A DNA stretch of 64,000 nucleotides from Candidatus Sungiibacteriota bacterium (GTDB lineage Bacteria > Patescibacteriota > Minisyncoccia > Sungbacterales > JACQCQ01): the NCBI GenBank assembly GCA_016201505.1, contig JACQCQ010000002.1:76750-140749 (forward strand), read 5' to 3'. How positions within the stretch are numbered: position 1 is the first letter of the stretch; each line of letters starts with the position of its first letter. Positions 8,797 through 18,612 of the stretch are shown one piece after another. The notes under the pieces were generated by a model, which saw only the letters and a list, made by a program, of their open reading frames with translations, was not told where the DNA came from and searched no databases. The position numbers and the translations under genes are program-made.

Positions 8797-9513
8797 ATGA
8801 ATGTACTTGGCGTTATTGGCGCTCGATCCGGCTCGAAGACTATCCAGAATAAAAATATCAAGCTGCTTTTCGGGAAGCCGCTTTTGGTGTGGATCGCCGA
8901 GGCCGCTAAGAATTCGCAGTATGTCAACCGAGTTATTGTTTCCACCGATTCGCCGGCATACGCCGAGATTGCCAAACAGTATGCCATCGAGGCCCCCTTT
9001 ATGCGTCCGGCGGAATTAGCCGAGGACCATGTGCCGGATTTTGACTATCTCTATCACGCCGCGACCTGGCTGCATGAAAATGAAGGCTGGAAAGCCGATA
9101 TCATTTTGAGGCTCCCGCCGACCTCGCCCCTTTGCACGACGGAGCATATTGACGCCTGCGTTAAACTTTTAATGGATGATCCGGAGGCTGACTCATCCCG
9201 GACTATTACCCCGGCCTCAAAGCATCCTTATAAGCTCTGGCGCATAAACGGCAACTATATCGAGCCATTTCTCTCGGAAGAATATACTGGCTTGAAAGAC
9301 GCGCATAATATGCCGAGACAGGCCTTCCCCAAAGCTTTCCAGCATGTTGACGTGATTGCGCTCCGCTGGAAAACCTTGGTCGACGATAAATCCATGGCGG
9401 GGAAAAAGATTCGTTTTCACGAAATTCCCAAAATGAATGCCATTGATATTGACACGGAAGCGGATTTTAAAATTGCCGAAGAGTTGTTAAAAAAAAGAAT
9501 GCATGCCGAATAA
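8797..9513 (+). CDS. neuA: acylneuraminate/KDN cytidylyltransferase (CMP-nonulosonic acid synthetase, NeuA family)
   Basis: 238 aa. The N-terminal 'GVIGARSGSKTIQNKN' is typical of CMP-NeuAc/CMP-Kdo synthetases. Confidence 0.7.
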   Translation: MNVLGVIGARSGSKTIQNKNIKLLFGKPLLVWIAEAAKNSQYVNRVIVSTDSPAYAEIAKQYAIEAPFMRPAELAEDHVPDFDYLYHAATWLHENEGWKADIILRLPPTSPLCTTEHIDACVKLLMDDPEADSSRTITPASKHPYKLWRINGNYIEPFLSEEYTGLKDAHNMPRQAFPKAFQHVDVIALRWKTLVDDKSMAGKKIRFHEIPKMNAIDIDTEADFKIAEELLKKRMHAE

Positions 9514-10333
9514 AACGACGAGCGCCCTTTTTGATTTAACCGCTGAAGTTGCCATTGTCACCGGCGGGCAGGGACAACTGGGTTCGGAATATGTAAAAAC
9601 ATTGGCGGGCGCCGGTGCCTCGGTCGCAATTTTCGATATTGCTCCGCGGGTGCGGGATTCAAACCAAAATCTCATCGATCAGAAGTGGCCGGTCTCGACG
9701 CACGTGGTTGATATTTTAGAAAAAGATCAAATTGCCGGTGCCTTTGATGCAGTTGAAAAAACATTCGGGACGCCGACGATATTGATAAATAACGCCGGGC
9801 TGGACTCGCCGCCCGATGCTTCGGAAAAAGACAACGGCCCGTTTGAGACCTATCCCGAGTCCTCTTGGGATGCCGTCGTAAATTCGCACATCAAGGGAGC
9901 GTTTTTGATGTCGCAAGAATTCATCGGCCGGGCGAAAAAAGCAAAAAAGAAAGCCAGCATAATTAACGTCTCTTCAACCTACGGCCTGGTTTCGCCTGAT
10001 CAGTCGATCTACGAGTTTCGCCGCAAAAACGGCGCGTCATTTTATAAGCCCGTTGCCTATTCGGTGGCTAAATCGGGCATTTTGAATTTGACGCGCTGGC
10101 TGGCTGAATACGGCGGGCCGTTCGGGATTCGAGTGAATACTCTGGTGCCCGGAGGTGTATTCGCAAATCAAGATAAAGAATTTATCAAAGAATATTCAAG
10201 GCGCACCATGATCGGCCGCATGGCGAATGTCGATGAATACAACGGCGCAATTTTATTTTTGGCTTCCGCGAAAGCCTCTGCCTATATGACCGGCTCGATG
10301 CTCGTCATTGACGGGGGCTGGACCGCAAAATGA
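9503..10333 (+). CDS. SDR family NAD(P)-dependent oxidoreductase
   Basis: 276 aa with the 'VAIVTGGQGQLG' Rossmann motif and the active-site 'YSVAKSG' (YxxxK). Confidence 0.75.
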   Translation: MPNKTTSALFDLTAEVAIVTGGQGQLGSEYVKTLAGAGASVAIFDIAPRVRDSNQNLIDQKWPVSTHVVDILEKDQIAGAFDAVEKTFGTPTILINNAGLDSPPDASEKDNGPFETYPESSWDAVVNSHIKGAFLMSQEFIGRAKKAKKKASIINVSSTYGLVSPDQSIYEFRRKNGASFYKPVAYSVAKSGILNLTRWLAEYGGPFGIRVNTLVPGGVFANQDKEFIKEYSRRTMIGRMANVDEYNGAILFLASAKASAYMTGSMLVIDGGWTAK

Positions 10334-10340
10334 AAAAGCT

Positions 10341-11804
10341 ATGGCCTATCCGCGAAAAGTTCTGCACTGGATAAACGATGCAGAGGTGAAGGCCTCCTCA
10401 AATTCGGTATTTAAAAAAATAAACCCGGCAACGGGCGCGGTTTTAGCCGAAGTTGCCCGCGGCAATACGGCAGACGTCGAAAAAGCAGTTGCGGCCGGCA
10501 AAGCCGCACTCCCAGCTTGGTCGCGGACGCTGGTCGTGCGTCGCGGCGAGATTCTGCGAAATGCGGTCCTGCTGATGATGCAAAAAAAAGCTGAAATCGC
10601 CGAAATCACGGCGAGAGAAAGCGGCAAGGCGGCGGCGCTCGCTTTAGGTGAAGCCAGCGCGGCCATCGAATGCGGGTTTTTCTTTGCCGGAGAAGGACGG
10701 CGCTATTTCGGCGAGGTCTTAACGTCCGCGGAGGCGCATCGCGAAGTAACCATGGTGCGGCAGGCCAGCGGGCTCGGTGTGCTGCTGACGCCATTTAATA
10801 ATCCCGCGCCGGGGGTTGCCTGGAAACTTTTTCCGGCGCTTCTCTGCGGAAACTCCGTGATTATCAAATCGCACGAGGACGTTCCGTATGTCGCCGTATG
10901 GTTTGCTAAAATTTTAAAAGAGGCGGGGTTACCGAAAGGCGTACTTTCGGTGGTGCAGGGAACGGGTTCCGAAGCCGGTGAGCCGCTGACCCGGCATCCC
11001 GATGTCGCCTTCATTAGTCTTACCGGGTCCCCCGCAACCGGTAAAAAAGTTTTACACGCCGCAGCCGATCGGCTGGCCAAAGTTTCGATTGAATCCGGCG
11101 GCAAAAATCCATTTATTGTTTGCGATGACGCGGATTTAGATCGGGCCGCAACGCTGGCTTCGGCCTCAGCCTTCATTGATGCCGGTCAGCGCTGTGCGGC
11201 CGCGAGCCGCATTATCGTAATGGAGGCCGTCTACGAAGAATTTAAGCAGAAATTATTGGAGCGGGTAAAAGCGCTTAAAGTCGGCGATCAAGAAGGAGAT
11301 AATTACGGCGCCATTATCAACGAAAAGCGCATGCGAGCCATTCTCGATTCGATTGAAACAGCCAAGACTCGTGGTGCGCGTGTTGTATGCGGCGGCGAGC
11401 GGCTCACTGATGAATCTCATAAAAACGGATTTTTCATTTCGCCTGCCGTTCTTGAGGAGGTAGATCCGGATGACGAGATTTCACAAAAAGAAATCTTCGG
11501 ACCGGTGACGATTCTCTACCGCGTGAAGACATTTGACGAGGCGGTGGCGCTTGCCAACAATTCGCCGTTTCGATTATCGAGCGCTTTGCACACCAAAAGC
11601 ATCCATCGTGCGCAAGAATTTAAAGAGCAGTACCGCGGCGGGGTCGTGCGCATCAACGGCGCAACGCACGGCAGTGAGCCGCATATGCCCTTTGGCGGAC
11701 TCGGCCTTTCGGGCAACGGCTGGCGCGAGCCGGGAACGAAGGCACTCGACTTTTATTCCGAGTGGAAGCAAATCTCGACAGATCATGATCCGTTAAAAAT
11801 TTAG
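10341..11804 (+). CDS. aldehyde dehydrogenase family protein
   Basis: The catalytic 'ESGGKNP' and Cys region 'GQRCAAASR' are present, with an NAD-binding 'GSPATGKKV'. The ATG at 10341 is preferred over the TTG at 10308. Confidence 0.75.
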   Translation: MAYPRKVLHWINDAEVKASSNSVFKKINPATGAVLAEVARGNTADVEKAVAAGKAALPAWSRTLVVRRGEILRNAVLLMMQKKAEIAEITARESGKAAALALGEASAAIECGFFFAGEGRRYFGEVLTSAEAHREVTMVRQASGLGVLLTPFNNPAPGVAWKLFPALLCGNSVIIKSHEDVPYVAVWFAKILKEAGLPKGVLSVVQGTGSEAGEPLTRHPDVAFISLTGSPATGKKVLHAAADRLAKVSIESGGKNPFIVCDDADLDRAATLASASAFIDAGQRCAAASRIIVMEAVYEEFKQKLLERVKALKVGDQEGDNYGAIINEKRMRAILDSIETAKTRGARVVCGGERLTDESHKNGFFISPAVLEEVDPDDEISQKEIFGPVTILYRVKTFDEAVALANNSPFRLSSALHTKSIHRAQEFKEQYRGGVVRINGATHGSEPHMPFGGLGLSGNGWREPGTKALDFYSEWKQISTDHDPLKI

Positions 11805-11814
11805 ATTAATTTAT

Positions 11815-13746
11815 ATGGGAGAATTAGGCGGGGTTATTACCGAAACGGCGAAAAGCCTTCAGTTCATACCGCTGTCCGAAATAAAGCGCGTCAAGAAAAG
11901 TATTCATGATCCGGTAAGCCGGGCAAAAATCTTGGCCGATATCTTTCGCCTAAACGCTCTTTATATGATTATGAATGCTGGTTCGGGCCATATCGGATCC
12001 TCATTTTCGGCGATGGATATTGTCACCTGGCTTTGGACTGAAGTTCTTAAAAATCCTAACAATGTCCGCGCCCAAGAATCGGATATTTATTTTTCCTCCA
12101 AAGGACATGACGCGCCGGGCCTCTACGCGGTGATGGCGGGCATTGGCAAGCTCGATTTTGATTTGATTCACGCACTGCGAAGAATGAACGGGTTACCGGG
12201 ACATCCGGATGTGGCAACACCGGGCATCGCCGCAAATACCGGTGCGTTGGGGATGGGAATTTCAAAAGCGAAGGGCATGGCGCTTGCGCGAAGGCTCGAA
12301 AATAAAAAGGGCACGATTTATGTCTTGACCGGCGATGGTGAATTGCAGGAAGGCCAGTTCTGGGAATCGCTTCAGCCAACGGCCAATGCAAAATTATCCG
12401 AGATTGTCGTCATCATCGATCATAATAAAATTCAGTCTGACACCTGGGTGCGCGAGACGAGTGATCTCGGCGATCTGGAATACAAGTTAAGAGCTTTTAG
12501 CTGGGAGGTCGCGCGATGTAATGGAAATGATGTTTTGGAGATAAAAGAGAAACTCGAATATTTTAGAAGTATCACTGATAAACCAAAGATGTTAATCGCC
12601 GATACGAAAAAGGGAGCTGGCGTCTCATTCATGGAGGAAGTCGCCGAAGATGGATTTTATAAATTTCATAGCGGGGCGCCTTCGCTCGGTGATTATGAGC
12701 GGGCAACGCGTGAATTGGTTGAAAAGATTAATCAGAGGCTCGGTGAGGTTTGGGTTCAGCCAATACAGATTGAAACGCGGAGCATGCCGGCTCGAACGAC
12801 CCCACAAAATCCTGAGAGGCTCGTTTCTGCCTATAGCGATGAATTGATTGCGCTCGCGAAAGAAAATAAAGACATCCTAGCGCTCGACGCCGACCTCATT
12901 TTAGACACAGGACTCATCCCATTTAAAAAACAATTTCCCGATAGATTTTTCGAGTGCGGGATTGCCGAGCAAGACATGGTCTCCACCGCGGGAGGCATGG
13001 CGCTCGCCGGGAAAATTCCGATTGTGCATTCGTTTGCTTGTTTCCTTTCAACTCGGCCGAACGAGCAGATCTATAACAATATTACGGAAAAGAAAAAGGT
13101 GATTTACGTTGCCTCGCTTGCGGGAGTTCTGCCTGCCGGTCCCGGGCACTCGCATCAATCGGTGCGCGACATTTCAGCCGTCGGCGGAATGCCGGGACTC
13201 ATCTTGATTGAGCCGGCGAATGAAGCGGAGACGAAAATGGCGCTTCGCTGGGCGGTTAATGAGAATACAGAAAGCACCTATCTTCGACTAGTCAGCATCC
13301 CATCGGAAATCAATTATAAGCTTCCGCACGCTCACCAATTGATCCGCGGGCAGGGGGTAAAGATTAAAGACGGAAATAAGGCTCTTATCATTTCGTATGG
13401 CCCCTCGATGCTGATTCAGGCAGTGAAGGCGGCGGAGATTCTCGATCGAAAAAGTATTTCAACGGCAGTCATCAATATGCCGTGGTTAAATTGTGTTGAC
13501 GCAAGTTGGCTGGAAAAAGAAATTCAGGGATTTTCGCTGGTTATGACGCTCGACGATCACTATACGAATTTTGGCCAGGGGATGCTGATTGCTGGCGAGT
13601 TGGGAAAAATAAATTTTCGAGGGAAAATTATAACACATGGTATAATGTATGAAATCCCCGCCTCGGGACAAAACACGGAAGTTTTGAAATATCACAAACT
13701 GTATGCGGAGTCTTTAGCGGCGATGGTTCAGGAAGGTATTGGATAA
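11815..13746 (+). CDS. transketolase (fused N- and C-terminal sections, TPP-dependent)
   Basis: 643 aa. It has the 'GSGHIGSSFSAMDIV' TPP-binding N-terminal motif, 'LTGDGELQEGQFWE', and a C-terminal pyrimidine/transketolase-C region. Confidence 0.7.
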   Translation: MGELGGVITETAKSLQFIPLSEIKRVKKSIHDPVSRAKILADIFRLNALYMIMNAGSGHIGSSFSAMDIVTWLWTEVLKNPNNVRAQESDIYFSSKGHDAPGLYAVMAGIGKLDFDLIHALRRMNGLPGHPDVATPGIAANTGALGMGISKAKGMALARRLENKKGTIYVLTGDGELQEGQFWESLQPTANAKLSEIVVIIDHNKIQSDTWVRETSDLGDLEYKLRAFSWEVARCNGNDVLEIKEKLEYFRSITDKPKMLIADTKKGAGVSFMEEVAEDGFYKFHSGAPSLGDYERATRELVEKINQRLGEVWVQPIQIETRSMPARTTPQNPERLVSAYSDELIALAKENKDILALDADLILDTGLIPFKKQFPDRFFECGIAEQDMVSTAGGMALAGKIPIVHSFACFLSTRPNEQIYNNITEKKKVIYVASLAGVLPAGPGHSHQSVRDISAVGGMPGLILIEPANEAETKMALRWAVNENTESTYLRLVSIPSEINYKLPHAHQLIRGQGVKIKDGNKALIISYGPSMLIQAVKAAEILDRKSISTAVINMPWLNCVDASWLEKEIQGFSLVMTLDDHYTNFGQGMLIAGELGKINFRGKIITHGIMYEIPASGQNTEVLKYHKLYAESLAAMVQEGIG

Positions 13747-13756
13747 AAGAGAGATC

Positions 13757-14317
13757 ATGGAGGGACTGACAAAAATCCAGGGGGAACGACTAGCTGCCGT
13801 TAAAGCACTCATCACGGACTGCGATGGTGTTTTTAACACAGGACATGTGTTTGATGGGCCCGGTGTGCCATCACGCAAGATGCGCACGCATCATGACAGC
13901 ATGGGGTTTGAGCTCCTGCGCCGCGCGGGGATACCGGTTTTGATTTTAACCGCTGAAGCCGAGGACTACATCAAGCCGGTGGCCGAAAAAATGACGCGCG
14001 CCTTTCCGGCCGTGCCGGTTGAATACGCGGCAAACGTCAAGGGTAAGGCGAAAATCGAAGTCGCCGAGAATTGGCTCATTCCTAAAGGAGTTACACTCGC
14101 CGAGGCAGCCTATATGGGGGATGACATCGGCGATTACAAATTGCTGATGGCGGCAGGCTTTGCTGCCGCCCCGAGCCAGGCAAATCGGATTCTCGATCAC
14201 GTCCCAAATCTTTGGAGATCGTCTTGTCGCGGCGGCGACGGCGCCATCCGGGAACTCTGTGATCTGATCCTTGAAGCCAAAGGCATCGATCCATTGAACC
14301 TTGTCGCCGATCGCTAG
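13757..14317 (+). CDS. HAD-superfamily KdsC-like phosphatase (Kdo-8-P/KDN-9-P phosphatase family)
   Basis: It carries the 'LITDCDGVFNTGHVFDG' motif I (DxDG) of the KdsC subfamily and is adjacent to a NeuB-like synthase. Confidence 0.6.
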   Translation: MEGLTKIQGERLAAVKALITDCDGVFNTGHVFDGPGVPSRKMRTHHDSMGFELLRRAGIPVLILTAEAEDYIKPVAEKMTRAFPAVPVEYAANVKGKAKIEVAENWLIPKGVTLAEAAYMGDDIGDYKLLMAAGFAAAPSQANRILDHVPNLWRSSCRGGDGAIRELCDLILEAKGIDPLNLVADR

Positions 14318-14479
14318 TTTTTTTGGGGCTTACATTCTCATGGCTCCAGCAGTCGGGTTCGTTTTTGTCCGCCGCACGAGTGCAGCAGCCGCTTATTTTT
14401 TCACTAGACATTTTAGCCGAATCTGGTATTTTAACGCTGAAACAAAGTCGGTTGTATTTTCGTTGTAGATTGTAAAAGG

Positions 14480-15577
14480 ATGAGATTTCCCCTAGGAGCA
14501 AAACTAAAGCGATTAATCACGACCTTACCCCATAAGGTAAAGGTCGGGAGTCAGTATGTCGGCCAAGGCAAGCCGGTATTTTGCATTGCCGAGATCGGTA
14601 ACAACCACAACGGCGATTTCGAGCTGGCTAAAAGAACGATTGAGGCCGCTAAAGACGCGGGAGCCCAGGCCGTGAAGTTCCAACGCCGAGCCGTAGAAGC
14701 CGTATTTGTGCGCGAGATGCGCGAGATGGCGTACGATAACCCGCGCTCGATGGCTCCAACCTACGGCGAGCATCGAAAAAAGCTTGAACTCCCGATTGAA
14801 CAGCTCCGCGAGTTAAAAGAATTTTCGGAGAGTCTGGGTCTGGTATTTTTTGTGACTCCCTTTGATAAAAAAAGCGCCGACGATCTTGAATCAATCAATA
14901 TTGGGGCCTACAAAATCGCTTCGTTTGATGTGACCAATCTTTCGCTTCTGGGCCATGTTGCTAAAAAGGGCAAGCCGATTCTGCTTTCAACCGGCGGCTC
15001 GACGCTTGAAGAAATAGATACGGCCATTGAGACGATTTTAAAATACAACAATCGGCTGATTGTAAATCACTGCACCTCGATGTATCCCACACCGGATGAG
15101 AATTTAGATTTAAACATGCTGCCGGTATTGCGGGAGCGATATAAACCTTTGCCGATCGGCTACTCGGGGCATGAGCCGGATTTTCTGCCTTCTGTTATCG
15201 CAGTGGCGCTCGGCGCTTCGGCTGTTGAGCGTCATTTTACGATGGACAAAACCATGCGCGGATCGGATCACCACATGTCGATTGAGCCCCCGGAGTTTAA
15301 AAAGATGGTAGATGACATTAGACGAATTACGGTTGCGCTTGGCGCCAAGGAAAAACGCATCCATGCCGGCGAAATTCCCATCCGCGAAAAACATGCTAAA
15401 AGCCTAGCCACCCGTGTCCGCATTCCGAAAGGCGCCGTGATTACGCGCGCGATGCTGACCGTCAAAAGTCCGGGTACGGGGCTCAAGCCCTCGATGGTTG
15501 ATTTCATTGTCGGTAAAACGGCGCGCTACGACATTGACGAGGACGCATTGATTAAAACCGATTCATTTGAAGTCTAG
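14480..15577 (+). CDS. neuB: N-acetylneuraminate/KDN-9-phosphate synthase family (NeuB) with C-terminal SAF domain
   Basis: 365 aa. 'CIAEIGNNHNGDFELAKRTIEAAKDAGAQAVKFQ' is the NeuB signature. A C-terminal SAF (antifreeze-like) domain is present. Confidence 0.8.
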   Translation: MRFPLGAKLKRLITTLPHKVKVGSQYVGQGKPVFCIAEIGNNHNGDFELAKRTIEAAKDAGAQAVKFQRRAVEAVFVREMREMAYDNPRSMAPTYGEHRKKLELPIEQLRELKEFSESLGLVFFVTPFDKKSADDLESINIGAYKIASFDVTNLSLLGHVAKKGKPILLSTGGSTLEEIDTAIETILKYNNRLIVNHCTSMYPTPDENLDLNMLPVLRERYKPLPIGYSGHEPDFLPSVIAVALGASAVERHFTMDKTMRGSDHHMSIEPPEFKKMVDDIRRITVALGAKEKRIHAGEIPIREKHAKSLATRVRIPKGAVITRAMLTVKSPGTGLKPSMVDFIVGKTARYDIDEDALIKTDSFEV

Positions 15578-15582
15578 AAATT

Positions 15583-15609
15583 GAAAATCCGCCGAGAGCG
15601 GATTTTCAA
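15583..15609. terminator. hairpin terminator gaaaatccgccgagagcggattttc
   Basis: A perfect stem flanked by A/T runs, so it can act in either direction. Confidence 0.5.
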
Positions 15610-15765
15610 TTGCAATTTAGCTAATGCTTCGCTATCATTTTGTGGTATGCCAACTCAAGTTTCCCCCAAGTCTAATGCCGATCAATATCACGGAGTGATT
15701 TTGAGAACGGCGGACGTAACAAGGTCGGATAGGAATTTAGGTCTGGGGAAAATTTAAGCGGGTAT

Positions 15766-16347
15766 GAATCCCGTTAGAAGCCGCGATCGCATACACGGGG
15801 TACAATGGTATGAAGCTCCTCAACATGAATAGTTTAACTCGAGCGATAACGCGAATGATCGCGATCTGCTTCTAACGGGATGAATCCCGTTAGAAGCCGC
15901 GATCGCATACACGGGGTACAATGGTATGAAGCTCCTCAACATCCTCAACATGAATAGTTTAACTCGAGCGATAGCGCGGATGATCGCGATCCCGCTACCA
16001 CAAATCCTTCTTGGATCTGGCTACGGGACAAGCATACTATGACAGATGTATTATTAACTACGACTCGCCCCGTAGTCACCGAGTCTATGAGGTGTACTCA
16101 CGGGGTCTGCTTCTAACGGGATGAATCCCGTTAGAAGCCGCGATCGCGAAAACCAATCTTTCCGAGAGTTTATTTTAATACTTAATGTTAGGCAGACTCC
16201 GCGTTTGATCGCGATCCCGCTACCACAAATCCTCCATGGATTTGGCTACGGGACTAGAGAGCTATGACAGGCTTACTATTAACTACGGCTCGCCCCGTAG
16301 TCACCGAGCACGTGAGGTGTACTACTGGGGTCTGCTTCTAAACGGGA
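15766..16347. mobile_element. array of three MITE-like units bounded by the inverted termini GAATCCCGTTAGAAGCCGCGATCGC … GCGATC(T/C)GCTTCTAACGGGAT
   Basis: Unit junctions form 45-bp palindromes (ctgcttctaacgggatgaatcccgttagaagccgcgatcgc). Units 1 and 2 share a 5' module. Units 2 and 3 share a 140-nt 3' module (gatcgcgatcccgctaccacaaatcc…). A solo copy lies at 58884–58994. Confidence 0.6.
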
Positions 16348-18569
16348 TGAATTCAGGCAGGACTCTTGAGATCTGGCTTTCCAATATCGTGAAATGGGGC
16401 CTGTTTTTGATTTTGCCCCTGCCGCTGGTGGTTTGGGGCATCTTTTTATTTCCCTATATCACCGGGCGCAATTTTTTATTTCGCATCTTGATTGAAATTT
16501 TGGCGGCCCTGTGGGTCGGGCTGCTGGTTCTTTCTAAAACCTATCGGCCGCGGCTTACCTGGCTGACGCGCGCGGTCGCGGTCTTTCTGTTTGTCGTGAC
16601 CCTGGCTGACTTGTTCGGCATTAATCCCTATCGCAGTTTTTGGTCGAACAACGAACGCATGGAGGGGCTTATCGCTTTACTCCATATGGTGCTGTTTTAT
16701 TTCATTGCGAGTTCGGTATTTAGAAAGTACACGCACTGGAAAGCGTTTTTCTACACCTCAACGGCTATAAGCTTGTTGGTCGCGCTCTATGGGCTCGCGC
16801 AGAAATTCGGCCTGGCTCAATCTATCCAAGGCGGTACGCGCGTTGATGGAACGATCGGCAATCCGGATTATTTAGCCTCCTATTTGATGTTCCATATTTT
16901 CTTCTTACTCTTTTTTCTCTGGCGTGAACGAATTGCGTTGCTGCGGTGGTTTTCATGGGCGGTGATCGTCTTCGAATTCTACATTATTTATTTAACGGCC
17001 ACGCGGGGGGTTGTGCTCGCCATGCTCACGGCTTTCGGCCTGGTGACAATCGTATTTGCCATCCGCAGGCCGAAAGATCGGGTTGAAAACATTTTACGCC
17101 GGGTTTCTATATCGGCACTCGCCGTCATCATAATCGCGGTCGGTTCAATTTTTCTTCTGCGCCACGACCCGCGTATTTTACAAAATCCGGTGCTTTCGCG
17201 ATTCGCTACCATTTCGACTCAAGATCGGACCGTTCAGTCGCGATTTTTTATATGGCATATCGCTTGGCAGGGAGTAAAAGAGCATCCCGTGCTCGGCTGG
17301 GGTCAGGAGAACTTCTATTACGTGTTTAATAAATATTTTGATCCGCATCTCTGGTCATCGGAGCCGTGGTTCGATCGGTCACACGACATTTTCTTCGACT
17401 GGCTGATTCACGCCGGCGTCTTGGGGCTTCTTTCATATCTTTCGGTTCTGGCCGCCGGGTTTTACACCATCTGGCGGGCGCAAAAGCTAGAGGCGATCTC
17501 TTTCTATGAGATGATGATCCTGGGAGGTGTCTTGCTCGCCTATTTCCTGCAGAATATTTTTGTCTTTGATAATTTCCAGACGTACTTCTTATTGTTTGTA
17601 ACCTTAGGCTTTGCCGAGTTTCTAATACTCCGCGGCGAGGAAAGTAAAACACTGATGGCCCCAGTCGTGCCAAATCGGCTGCCTATGGCGCTTGGTATAA
17701 CATCCGGCGCAGGCATTGTTACACTCATTCTCATTTACCTCTTGAATGTAAAGCCCATGATCGCGTCAGCCGATTTGATCGGTGCATTGCAATTGCAAAG
17801 CCAGCACGCTTCCGTCAACGATGTAAAAGCCCAGTTTCAAAAGGTCTACGATGCGGATACCTTTGTCAGCGGCGAGGCAACGGAGCAGTTAGCCGCCATG
17901 GTACGAGGGGTATTGTCGTCAGCTACGCCGCAGGATGCCAAAAGTTTTATTGACTTTGCTGTTCTCCACCTGCAGGATCTTACTAATATAGCAAATCCGG
18001 ATGCGAAACACCTGCTTTTCCTTGGTTCTGCTTTTAACACGGGCGTCCGATTCGATCAGGCCTATGCCCAAAAGGCTCTCGATGCTCTCAATAAGGCTAA
18101 AAACCTGGCACCCCAAAAACAGCAGATTTATTTTGAACTAGCGAACACGTATTTGATCGCGGGGAATTTAAATGACGCCATCCAGACTCTGCAGCGGGTA
18201 GTGGATCTTGACCCAGCCTACCCAGGGGCAGAGTTAAATCTCGGCATTGTGGCGCTGCTTGCCGCTAGACGCGATATTGCCGATCCGGCCATCGCGAGAT
18301 ACGAAAGTCTTCCCAAAGCGCCGGACGCCAGTGAATTAGAGAGGCTCGTCCAGGTGTATATTCAGGTGAGCGATATGAAAGGCGCGAGACGTGTCATGGA
18401 AGAACTGTTGAAAATCGATGACCGCAACTCACAGTATTGGGCTCAATATGCCGCTATCCTGGCTGCACTGGGCGATAAGACTGACGCCAAAACGGCTGCG
18501 GAAAAAGCGGCCGAAATCGATCCCAGTCTCAACACCGAACTGCAGCAGTTTTTGAAGACGCTTAAATAA
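16347..18569 (+). CDS. O-antigen ligase/polymerase (Wzy_C)-like polytopic membrane protein with C-terminal TPR repeats
   Basis: About 740 aa with many TM helices and a 'TATRGVVLAMLTAFGLV' Wzy_C-like block. The C-terminal 250 aa are TPR-like. The ORF-track start at 16236 lies inside the repeat array, so the ATG at 16347 is preferred. Confidence 0.6.
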   Translation: MNSGRTLEIWLSNIVKWGLFLILPLPLVVWGIFLFPYITGRNFLFRILIEILAALWVGLLVLSKTYRPRLTWLTRAVAVFLFVVTLADLFGINPYRSFWSNNERMEGLIALLHMVLFYFIASSVFRKYTHWKAFFYTSTAISLLVALYGLAQKFGLAQSIQGGTRVDGTIGNPDYLASYLMFHIFFLLFFLWRERIALLRWFSWAVIVFEFYIIYLTATRGVVLAMLTAFGLVTIVFAIRRPKDRVENILRRVSISALAVIIIAVGSIFLLRHDPRILQNPVLSRFATISTQDRTVQSRFFIWHIAWQGVKEHPVLGWGQENFYYVFNKYFDPHLWSSEPWFDRSHDIFFDWLIHAGVLGLLSYLSVLAAGFYTIWRAQKLEAISFYEMMILGGVLLAYFLQNIFVFDNFQTYFLLFVTLGFAEFLILRGEESKTLMAPVVPNRLPMALGITSGAGIVTLILIYLLNVKPMIASADLIGALQLQSQHASVNDVKAQFQKVYDADTFVSGEATEQLAAMVRGVLSSATPQDAKSFIDFAVLHLQDLTNIANPDAKHLLFLGSAFNTGVRFDQAYAQKALDALNKAKNLAPQKQQIYFELANTYLIAGNLNDAIQTLQRVVDLDPAYPGAELNLGIVALLAARRDIADPAIARYESLPKAPDASELERLVQVYIQVSDMKGARRVMEELLKIDDRNSQYWAQYAAILAALGDKTDAKTAAEKAAEIDPSLNTELQQFLKTLK

Positions 18570-18612
18570 TCCCAAAGAAACTTTCTACTTTTCTCGTCGG
18601 TTATAAAGTAGG

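Noticed and set aside
10346-11176. Minus-strand ORFs (106 aa and 157 aa) within the aldehyde dehydrogenase gene
   Set aside because: They are embedded antisense to a well-supported, motif-rich ALDH CDS and are Ala/Arg/Ser-rich low-complexity products.
16236-16346. N-terminal 37-aa extension of the O-antigen-ligase-like ORF (track start 16236)
   Set aside because: The extension is encoded by the MITE-like repeat array. The ATG at 16347, at the element terminus immediately before the first TM helix, is the more plausible start.
15766-16347. Possible CRISPR array, given repeated about 45-bp palindromic units separated by variable sequence
   Set aside because: The spacers are 90–210 bp and share long sequence modules with each other. 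The repeats are inverted termini of composite units, not short regular direct repeats. No cas genes are adjacent.
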